Made by a program: the position numbers and the translations under genes
Notes under the pieces: generated by a model
Seen by the model: the letters and a program-made list of their open reading frames with translations, nothing else
The model's database searches: none
What the model was told of the DNA's origin: nothing
Part shown: in pieces, positions 57,074 through 64,000 of the stretch
Layout of the letters: every line of letters begins with the position of its first letter
Position numbering within the stretch: position 1 is the first letter of the stretch
DNA from: a virus
Length of the DNA stretch: 64,000 bases
Virus record (IMG/VR): IMGVR_UViG_3300023174_000121
Coordinates: 21,947-85,946 of that record
Strand: one strand, 5' to 3'

Positions 57074-58063
57074 TTAATCTCTCTTTTTTAAATTTTTAGC
57101 AGCATCTGACGCTCTATATTCTCTAAATGTGTCACTTGTCACTTTAAATCTTGGTGCATGTGGATTTGCTTCAGAAGGATGAATAACAGCACCTTCTGTT
57201 CCAGATCCCCATTTTGGTTTAATATTCAATCCTTTTACATGCGAATCTACTTTATCCGACACTTTCTTTTTGATAACATCAAACTTAGCAAGTTCAAGTG
57301 CTTTTTCTTCTTTATTTGTTTTTGTTGTTCTAGCTTTGATTAATTCGTGATTCAATTTATCGAATTCTTTTCTTTCATGGCTTACATCAACATTACCTTT
57401 AGTGTGATCTACTTTATCATCATCGAAATTGATGTTTGCGTCTGATAAATTCTTTTTAAAATATTCAATATCAAGATTTTTATTCTCTGGTAATTTAGAA
57501 TGAATTACGAATTTACCAACTTTACCCATGTGATGGGTAGCATAAGATGTTCCAACGAATTTAATTTCGCCTTCATGTTCACTTGGCTTTCCCCATGGCT
57601 TATAAAATGATTCACCTCTTACTTTAACTTCTTCGCCAGTTTTTTTATGCAAATCATTTAGATATTTTACTAATTTATGATTTGACTGCAATGTTCTATG
57701 AATGTGTGCAAATGCTTTTGCTGCTGTATAATCTGGTTCTTTTCCAGTTACTTCAGCTCTCTTTTTAACTCTATTTGAATAATCTTCTGGGTGACGCATT
57801 TTGTCATTTCCAGAACCTGTCGATTGTGTATAAAATCCTTGATCATCATAGCCAATCATCATTGATTGACCATCTGTCTTTTCTGTTGTAGTGTGAATGT
57901 GGACTTTATTGTCGTGAGTCAGATTTTGAAACTGCTCATGGTCCATTGTTGTAATGTGAGGTAAGCCTTGGCGAATAGATTCGGTAATTGTTTCCGATCT
58001 ATCTTCTTTCAATAGTCCTGCTTTTTGAAGCCAAATTTTGCTTTTAAATTCTTTCAAGTACAT
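57074..58063 (-). CDS. ligase/nucleotidyltransferase-fold protein
   Basis: TEKTDG (KxDG), VRGE, EGAVI, RFKV. Confidence 0.6.
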   Translation of the reverse strand: MYLKEFKSKIWLQKAGLLKEDRSETITESIRQGLPHITTMDHEQFQNLTHDNKVHIHTTTEKTDGQSMMIGYDDQGFYTQSTGSGNDKMRHPEDYSNRVKKRAEVTGKEPDYTAAKAFAHIHRTLQSNHKLVKYLNDLHKKTGEEVKVRGESFYKPWGKPSEHEGEIKFVGTSYATHHMGKVGKFVIHSKLPENKNLDIEYFKKNLSDANINFDDDKVDHTKGNVDVSHERKEFDKLNHELIKARTTKTNKEEKALELAKFDVIKKKVSDKVDSHVKGLNIKPKWGSGTEGAVIHPSEANPHAPRFKVTSDTFREYRASDAAKNLKKRD

Positions 58064-58123
58064 ATAGAGATTGCCTTAGCCTTATCTGTTGCAGGTTTAC
58101 CTTAGTCTAACTGCGTTATGCTT

Positions 58124-58131
58124 TATTTATA
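58124..58131 (-). promoter_or_regulatory. T4-type late promoter TATAAATA
   Basis: Perfect consensus upstream of the 58063 start. Confidence 0.8.
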
Positions 58132-58137
58132 ATATTA

Positions 58138-59160
58138 TTAAAGTTCGATTTTAATTAAACCCGTTCTTGTCGCCATTAGTTTTTGTGGATAGATACCTAA
58201 TCTTACGCCATTATATCTTTTGTTTTTATATTCAAAACCGCGACCAGCCCTAAATGTTGCACCAAAAACTGGTAAAAAGTTTCCAGTAAAGTGACTTAAA
58301 TTCCCAGATAATCCCATTCCACCATCAAATGTCAATTCTGTACTTTTACCACTAACAGTAAATTTTGCATGACCTTGGCCAATTGCTTGAACATGTTGTA
58401 ATGAAAATGCTTTACCAAATTCTGGTCCATAGATTGATAGATTTGACAATCTAATATCTTTAAATGTACCCATAACTGGTGATGGTAATTGATCTTTATC
58501 GCCAAGAATATTAACAACATTACCTAAAAATTTTTGAACTAGAGGATGATTATAAATTTCTTCTCCAGCAAGTTCTGATAATCCACCATATTGCTGAAAC
58601 GCTTCAGCTCCACCAGCTTTTTTATGTGACAAGTATATCGATCCTTTAACTAGAGGCGTTTTTATGTCTTTACATAGAATAATATCTGCTTTAGGATCTC
58701 CCCTTACTCCGCCTAGACGTTTTAGAGTTTTGTCAACTTTAATTGCATACGCAATATCTTTGTATATTGTGCTGTCGCCTTTTAATTTTATGTCAACTTT
58801 ACCGCCACATTCTAAAATGTAATTATTGATTGCTTCGACAACTTCATCTTCGTATTGTGTGCTATTAGCATTCGTTGGTTTTCTAATTTTGTTGATTTCG
58901 ATCATTCCTTCGACCGCACCAATTTTAACCTTAGCAAGTTTCAATCCAGAAATTTCATATAATTTTGTGTCTATAATCTTAAACTTTGTCTCTGCTTTTA
59001 ATTGTTTTACTATGACAAGACCAGTTTTAGCTGTTTTATATAAGTTTCCAATTAAGCCTTTCTCAATTTCATACTCAATTTCTTTATATCTTTTATTGTC
59101 AGTAACGTACTTTGTGAAAGATAGTCTTCCGTCGGTTGCTTTGGATGCTAAGTGTGCCAT
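58138..59160 (-). CDS. PD-(D/E)XK restriction-endonuclease-like protein
   Basis: QYEDE..., DPKADIIL...YLSHKK...FQQYGG; start MAHLASK. Confidence 0.65.
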   Translation of the reverse strand: MAHLASKATDGRLSFTKYVTDNKRYKEIEYEIEKGLIGNLYKTAKTGLVIVKQLKAETKFKIIDTKLYEISGLKLAKVKIGAVEGMIEINKIRKPTNANSTQYEDEVVEAINNYILECGGKVDIKLKGDSTIYKDIAYAIKVDKTLKRLGGVRGDPKADIILCKDIKTPLVKGSIYLSHKKAGGAEAFQQYGGLSELAGEEIYNHPLVQKFLGNVVNILGDKDQLPSPVMGTFKDIRLSNLSIYGPEFGKAFSLQHVQAIGQGHAKFTVSGKSTELTFDGGMGLSGNLSHFTGNFLPVFGATFRAGRGFEYKNKRYNGVRLGIYPQKLMATRTGLIKIEL

Positions 59161-59178
59161 GTCTTTATTCCGTCCAAT

Positions 59179-59208
59179 AAAAAAAAGCCTGTATTTGATT
59201 ACAGGCTT
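59179..59208 (-). terminator. Rho-independent terminator overlapped by a late promoter
   Basis: AAGCCTGTA-N6-TACAGGCTT plus U-run; CATAAATA at 59208-59215. Confidence 0.8.
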
Positions 59209-59230
59209 ATTTATGTCTCGGGATTTAAAG

Positions 59231-59566
59231 TTATCGGCGCATTGATGCTTGGTCTTTTGCTTCATCGTCTGTAAAGATTGGAACTGCATTCGACTTATGC
59301 AACGTACCAATGCCAATCATTTTGTTGCCAGTATAGACTTTTCCATGAATTGGCTTTGTCGCAGCACCAACGCCAGAATCATAACTCTTTGCGTTATGTA
59401 TTTCTCTATGAGGCAAAGGAGCAACTTCGTATTGTTTGGATTCTGCTTTGACTACAATCTTTTTTGGACTATACTTGTCGAGCAGTTTATTCCAATCAGC
59501 TTCAAGTTCTCTCTGCTTTGCATTAGGCTTGCGCCGCTTGGATTTCTGATGTGTATAGACTATCAT
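59231..59566 (-). CDS. conserved T4-like hypothetical protein
   Basis: YTG..MIGIGTLHKSNAVP...MRR. Confidence 0.75.
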   Translation of the reverse strand: MIVYTHQKSKRRKPNAKQRELEADWNKLLDKYSPKKIVVKAESKQYEVAPLPHREIHNAKSYDSGVGAATKPIHGKVYTGNKMIGIGTLHKSNAVPIFTDDEAKDQASMRR

Positions 59567-59760
59567 TGTAGATCCGCAAGAACACCTTCATAATCTTCTG
59601 GATCCATAATGTATTCCAAAATAGTTTTAATTGACGCCTGCAATTGCAAACTATTATCGATGGGCAGATCTTTGTTCACTTCGAATAGATGAAGCAAATA
59701 TGCGACTGTCAAATCTTTAACCGAATCTTCTGTAACTTCTAGATTAACGTTAATATTCAT
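59563..59760 (-). CDS. hypothetical protein
   Basis: ATGA-coupled ORF. Confidence 0.6.
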   Translation of the reverse strand: MNINVNLEVTEDSVKDLTVAYLLHLFEVNKDLPIDNSLQLQASIKTILEYIMDPEDYEGVLADLQ

Positions 59761-60017
59761 TCTGTTGTATCTCCATTTTGTGAAAGCATGTATTTACTAA
59801 GGGCTGCATCTGCTGCAGAAAAACTTGTGACGTTTAGAATTCCAAGTTCTACTTGTTTGGATATGATATACCACTTTGCGGTTTCAAGCAACTCCATAGC
59901 ATATGAAATATCATCATCATCCATTTCAGCATGCCATTGTTGCATCACTTCATCACTTGCAAACAAAAGAAAATCCAAATTGTCTTGATCGTATTCTGAC
60001 ATTTCTTCGAATTTCAT
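59757..60017 (-). CDS. hypothetical protein
   Basis: MKFEEM start with AGGAG RBS; DQDNLDFLL. Confidence 0.6.
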   Translation of the reverse strand: MKFEEMSEYDQDNLDFLLFASDEVMQQWHAEMDDDDISYAMELLETAKWYIISKQVELGILNVTSFSAADAALSKYMLSQNGDTTE

Positions 60018-60031
60018 ATAACTCCTTTGAA

Positions 60032-60448
60032 TTAAACTGTAACTTGATAAGGAGCATTCCACTTACCAATGTTAACATGCACATAATATGCGGTATCAAA
60101 GTAATCGATTTGTGCATCACTATTGTTATAGTAATCAGCAGAGTAAAGAATTGGAATAATTTCTTCCAACGCTTGCTTTGCAGCACCAGAATAATGACTC
60201 TGATAGTGGTAAGTATTCACTTGCTCATAGTCGGTTTTATTAGGAACAAATCCGCGAGCAACCTGATAAAAGTCTTTCGAACAAGTCTCATTGGAGTTAC
60301 CAATGAAATCAATTGGACCACTCTTGATGGTCAAGCAAATCGAGGAATGATTGTGCACCGACAAAGAACCTTTGATGCCATACTTTTTTAGAACAGGCTT
60401 TAGCTTGGCAGCAATCTTTGCTTTCTTTTCTTGGTTCATGTAAGCCAT
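60032..60448 (-). CDS. conserved phage hypothetical protein
   Basis: MAYMNQEKK, SDAQIDYFDTAYY..NIGKWN. Confidence 0.75.
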   Translation of the reverse strand: MAYMNQEKKAKIAAKLKPVLKKYGIKGSLSVHNHSSICLTIKSGPIDFIGNSNETCSKDFYQVARGFVPNKTDYEQVNTYHYQSHYSGAAKQALEEIIPILYSADYYNNSDAQIDYFDTAYYVHVNIGKWNAPYQVTV

Positions 60449-60449
60449 T

Positions 60450-60674
60450 TCAAATGTCTCCAGCAATAATGGTAATACGCTCAAGGATATCGGCTCGCAA
60501 CAACTTGCGCCGCGCTTTTGGAACTTGATTAATAAGATTGTGCTGAACGTATGATCCTAGATAACCAAGAGCAAAAATTCGCGCATCGGTATCTGAAAGA
60601 CCCTTTGACTTTTCACGTTTGACAATAACGTCAATCAACATCTCCATTTCAGTTTTCACTAACATTCCAATCAC
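60450..60674 (-). CDS. hypothetical protein
   Basis: ORF in early operon. Confidence 0.55.
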   Translation of the reverse strand: MIGMLVKTEMEMLIDVIVKREKSKGLSDTDARIFALGYLGSYVQHNLINQVPKARRKLLRADILERITIIAGDI

Positions 60675-60871
60675 TCCCGAAAATTATCAAAACCGCGCTG
60701 AATTTCTGGATCACCAAGAACAGCCGCTTCGTAGGCCTCAATGTAATCATTGTAGAATGACAACACATCAGCAAGGTTTAACTTGAAAACCGCAGCAACG
60801 GCTTCTGGCGACCAACCACAATCAAACGCATCAGCAATATCTGTACAAGTAATCATCTCTGGACTCCGCTG

Positions 60872-60922
60872 TTTCTCTCTCACCACAAGATCCATTGTAC
60901 GCTGGTTCTGGTCTGCTGTCAA
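60872..60922 (-). promoter_or_regulatory. early sigma70 promoter cassette
   Basis: TTGACA-N17-TACAAT-GGATCTTGTGGTGAGAGAGAAAC; no palindrome seen. Confidence 0.8.
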
Positions 60923-60931
60923 GGCTTTTTT

Positions 60932-61165
60932 TTACAGAATTTCGAAGTGGTCATCGCCCTCGACGCGGTAGACGGGAACCTTCTTACCGTAGGCCATGAT
61001 GAATCCCAATTCACCTTCTGCGTAAATTCCATGCGGACAGGTTTCGAAAGTCACTTCCCGCACAATTTCGCAACAACCCCACCGCCACGTCGGCAATTTC
61101 ATCTTAAAGAAATTTGTATTGTCATGATGATGGACAACAATCGTGGCTTTGGTGGTTTTCATCAT
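60932..61165 (-). CDS. hypothetical early protein
   Basis: ORF in early operon. Confidence 0.55.
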   Translation of the reverse strand: MMKTTKATIVVHHHDNTNFFKMKLPTWRWGCCEIVREVTFETCPHGIYAEGELGFIMAYGKKVPVYRVEGDDHFEIL

Positions 61166-61166
61166 T

Positions 61167-61406
61167 TTAGCCGACCACTACAACGCGAGGGAAAGTTTTA
61201 TTGTCACCAAACATTGTGCCCTGCATGGGAGCGGTGAAGTAGTCGGTTTTGAATTTCGTATCCTCCTCATCTTCCCAAACCCGCTTGATGAATTTCGCAC
61301 GGAAGAGACCATCGCTCTGGATTCCGACAACTTCGCCAACCATGTAGCAGCTATCGATTCCGTTGAAATCGAAGGACATTACCTTATCGCCTACTTTCAT
61401 TTTCAA
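61167..61406 (-). CDS. hypothetical early protein
   Basis: MKVGDKVMSFDF...CYMVGEV. Confidence 0.65.
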   Translation of the reverse strand: MKMKVGDKVMSFDFNGIDSCYMVGEVVGIQSDGLFRAKFIKRVWEDEEDTKFKTDYFTAPMQGTMFGDNKTFPRVVVVG

Positions 61407-61520
61407 TTCCTCAATTACTTAGCTAGGGCGTCAACAAGAGCAGTCATCAGAAAGAGTGTCGCAACACCCACGAAACTCATTAGAAACAAGTCTAGGATTT
61501 TTTCTTCGATCTTACGCATT

Positions 61521-61709
61521 TTAAGCAGCCTTTGGAGCAAACAGTTTGCTCATTTCGATACACACAACGCGATAGGCGCGGACTTCTTCGTCAGTCATCT
61601 CTTCGCGGTTGCGTGGCACAGCCATGAATTCAAGGGTTTCGAGCAACCCAGGCAAGCACCAGGTTTCTTTGAATTCTTCAACAACGATCATAGCTTCTTT
61701 GAAATTCAT
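61521..61709 (-). CDS. hypothetical early protein
   Basis: MNFKEAM...GLLETL; first gene after the promoter cassette. Confidence 0.6.
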   Translation of the reverse strand: MNFKEAMIVVEEFKETWCLPGLLETLEFMAVPRNREEMTDEEVRAYRVVCIEMSKLFAPKAA

Positions 61710-61723
61710 TTTCTGTTCCTTTG

Positions 61724-61819
61724 TTTCTCTCTCACCACAAGATCTATTGTACTCTGATCGTGGAAAAAAGCAAGGACTTTTTTGGTGTCGCACAAATACA
61801 ACGTTGTAAATTTACAACA
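61724..61819 (-). promoter_or_regulatory. early sigma70 promoter cassette with two palindromes
   Basis: TTGCTT-N16-TACAAT, AGATCTTGTGGTGAGAGAGAAAC leader, palindromes 61786-61803 and 61802-61819. Confidence 0.75.
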
Positions 61820-61824
61820 GTTTT

Positions 61825-61910
61825 ACGGCGCTATAGGAGCGTCTATAGGCGCCGTGTAGGGTAGTGTCGGTGGGTTAGTAAGAATCGCCTGGAGGCGCTT
61901 CCAGGCGGGT
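61825..61910. repeat. GC-rich double-hairpin element (copy 2)
   Basis: ACGGCG-CTATAG-N6-CTATAG-g-CGCCGT and CGCCTGGA-N6-TCCAGGCG. Confidence 0.6.
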
Positions 61911-61932
61911 TCTAGAGGTGGGCGTTAAAGTC

Positions 61933-63351
61933 TCATACCTTAAGATTTGAAAAATCTCTTTTATTTTTCAATGACTTACCAATTGTGCTTTTATCAAAGA
62001 TTGGAGTATCGTCTTCTTTATTGTCGTATTGACCGCTATCTGATATATTGTTTTGCGATGAATTAGGTGCATCATAAAGTTTCATCTTTGCTCTATCAAC
62101 TCCAATTACAAATCTTTTATTTGTTGTTGGATCCGAATAACGATTCTTTAATTGCTTTACCATAATTTGATTCGCTTCTGCCAATTCTTCTGTTGAAATT
62201 AATGCAAACATTAAATCAGCAGTTGCAGGAAGACCAAAAGACTCTGATGTATCTTCCAATCCAACATCGGAATTAGAATATCCACTTCTTGTCGTTTGTG
62301 TAGCAGAAACAATTGGAACTCTGTTCTCTACAGCAAGACCACGCAATTCTTCTGCAATCGATTTGATGTATGTATACGAATTAACATTTGATCCATGTTT
62401 CATTCTTGATGATGCACAAATATTCAAATAGTCAATGTAGATAATATCGGGAATGAATTGTCGTTTCAATTTCAATTCGTTTAGCAGATGACTAAAGTTT
62501 GTTGCACTTGCACTTGCAGTCGGATACTCTTTGATGATTAGCTTGCCTTTAGTCTTTTCTTTCACTTCTTGAATTCGTTTTAGATATGTTGCTTTAGGCA
62601 TTGCAACTAGATGATTCAATTCAATGTTAAGTAGATTAGCATCAATTCGTTCTGCAATTCTTTCTTCTGCCATCTCTAATGTAATGTACAGTACGTTCTT
62701 TCCCATTGTGAGATTAGCTGCTGCACAATGACACATAAAAAGACTTTTACCGACACCAGTGCCAGCAAGAACAATGTTTAATGATTTCTCTGCGAGACCG
62801 CCTTTTGTAATTCTATTGAGGTAGTCCAAGTCGAATGGGATTCGCTTTTCAACTCTATGGTAGAATTCGTAGCGTGTTTCAGCGTCATCAATAAAATCAT
62901 GACCAATGTGATTATCAAAAGAAACGGATAGCGCATCTGCAAGTATTTTTGGAATTGAACCTTTATCTAATTTTTCGACTTTGTTTTTACTATCTAGGAT
63001 TTGAATGCTTTGCATGATCCCATTGTAAATTGCTTTTTCTTGACAAAAAGTTTCTGTTGCATCAATCAACCATTTTGTGTCTGACGTATCATCACTAGTG
63101 CAAACTTCTGAGATTAATTCAATAGTTCTTTTATGATGATCGTCAGTCAGATTTACTTTGTTGTCAATTTCAATGCTCAATGCCTCTTTTGAAGGCATTG
63201 AGTTATATTTAACAACATAGTTTTTTATCTCTTCGAAAAGAATTTTCTCTGAGGAATCTTGGAAGTATTCGCTTTTAATGAAAGGTAAAGTTTTTCTTGT
63301 GTATTCCTCATCAGTCAACAGGTGTTTCAGTATTTTCTGCTCTAAGTTCAT
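61933..63351 (-). CDS. 41: replicative DNA helicase gp41
   Basis: AGTGVGKS, LEMAEERIAERIDAN, IDYLNIC, SATQTTRSG, SESFGLPATAD, KQLKNRY. Confidence 0.97.
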   Translation of the reverse strand: MNLEQKILKHLLTDEEYTRKTLPFIKSEYFQDSSEKILFEEIKNYVVKYNSMPSKEALSIEIDNKVNLTDDHHKRTIELISEVCTSDDTSDTKWLIDATETFCQEKAIYNGIMQSIQILDSKNKVEKLDKGSIPKILADALSVSFDNHIGHDFIDDAETRYEFYHRVEKRIPFDLDYLNRITKGGLAEKSLNIVLAGTGVGKSLFMCHCAAANLTMGKNVLYITLEMAEERIAERIDANLLNIELNHLVAMPKATYLKRIQEVKEKTKGKLIIKEYPTASASATNFSHLLNELKLKRQFIPDIIYIDYLNICASSRMKHGSNVNSYTYIKSIAEELRGLAVENRVPIVSATQTTRSGYSNSDVGLEDTSESFGLPATADLMFALISTEELAEANQIMVKQLKNRYSDPTTNKRFVIGVDRAKMKLYDAPNSSQNNISDSGQYDNKEDDTPIFDKSTIGKSLKNKRDFSNLKV

Positions 63352-63646
63352 TTTTGTACCTTTTCTCAGCTGCGTTTATTGATTCCAACAAAAGATCATT
63401 TAGAATTGTTCCAACAACTTTTTCGAAGTTTTCATCACTCTTTAGATTTTTATATTCTTCTGGTAGAATATCATAATTGAAGCTGATTGTAAATGTTCCG
63501 TCAGGATTCTCTTCATCTCCAAAACTAATTTCTCCAAAGTTAAATTCTATATCAGCATACTCTCCAGTCAAAATTTTAATAGTAGCGACGGTATCTCTGT
63601 CTTTGTACTTAATGTCTGTTTCAGTTACTTGATAATCTTCATTCAT
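63311..63646 (-). CDS. hypothetical protein between uvsX and 41 (gp40 position)
   Basis: Synteny; IKILTGEY...FNYDI...GTIL. Confidence 0.6.
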   Translation of the reverse strand: MNEDYQVTETDIKYKDRDTVATIKILTGEYADIEFNFGEISFGDEENPDGTFTISFNYDILPEEYKNLKSDENFEKVVGTILNDLLLESINAAEKRYKNELRAENTETPVD

Positions 63647-64000
63647 TTTCATGTTCTTCTTCCTCAACTCTGTCTTCGTCAACAATAGATTCTTGACCAT
63701 ACAAAAATTCTTTCTTACATGCTTCGTCAATTAAATCAAGAATTTCTTTTGTGTAATACTTTTCAGGCTCATCATTAATTGATTTGCCAAAGACTTTGTT
63801 TCCGTTTGGCAATTCATATCGTGTAGATACTTTCTTAATGATGTTATACTTCTCAGCAATATCAAGTAGACCATAATAGCGATCCAGACCTTTGCTATAA
63901 GTTAATCGAATCTCTACTGCAGAATGCTCTTTGGTGAATCGACTCTTCTGCATTCTCGCTCTAATGATATTGCCTACAACTTCAGTACCATCTTTGTCTT
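63639..64000 (-). CDS. uvsX: UvsX recombinase, C-terminal part (truncated by window)
   Basis: [11 protein letters not shown]...KSRFTKE...GLDRYYGLL. Confidence 0.9.
   Translation of the reverse strand, partial: DKDGTEVVGNIIRARMQKSRFTKEHSAVEIRLTYSKGLDRYYGLLDIAEKYNIIKKVSTRYELPNGNKVFGKSINDEPEKYYTKEILDLIDEACKKEFLYGQESIVDEDRVEEEEHENE

Noticed and set aside
59161-59316. N-terminal extension of the nuclease ORF in the track
   Set aside because: It crosses a terminator, a late promoter and the upstream gene; the start at 59160 fits better.

Overview
This 64 kb window is part of a large, AT-rich T4-like myovirus genome, probably from an aquatic phage with a Gram-negative proteobacterial host. Almost all genes are on the minus strand. 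Core genes recognised are gp32, gp33, rnh, nrdA/nrdB, thyX, primase gp61, helicase gp41, the uvsX 3' end, phoH, a GH19 endolysin and a spanin pair. Accessory content includes a GDP-sugar/glycosylation cluster, 17 tRNAs with two HNH genes, and hypervariable early regions. Those regions are driven by a repeated sigma70 promoter cassette with an 18-bp palindromic operator. Highlights: (1) a PlcP-like phosphoesterase plus Agt-like GT4 pair inserted between nrdA and nrdB, a candidate phosphate-sparing lipid-remodelling module; (2) a circularly permuted two-piece tmRNA with alphaproteobacterial signatures, alongside a GGQ release-factor-like protein and a ClpP-like protease; (3) a late + strand membrane operon built round a chemoreceptor-type sensor domain with no signalling domain; (4) a 1459-aa putative head-packaged polyprotein with nucleotidyltransferase, kinase and HxGH domains, next to a ligase-like gene; (5) an HNH insertion that leaves a tRNA-Leu 5' remnant. 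All calls come from reading motifs by eye; no database search was run.
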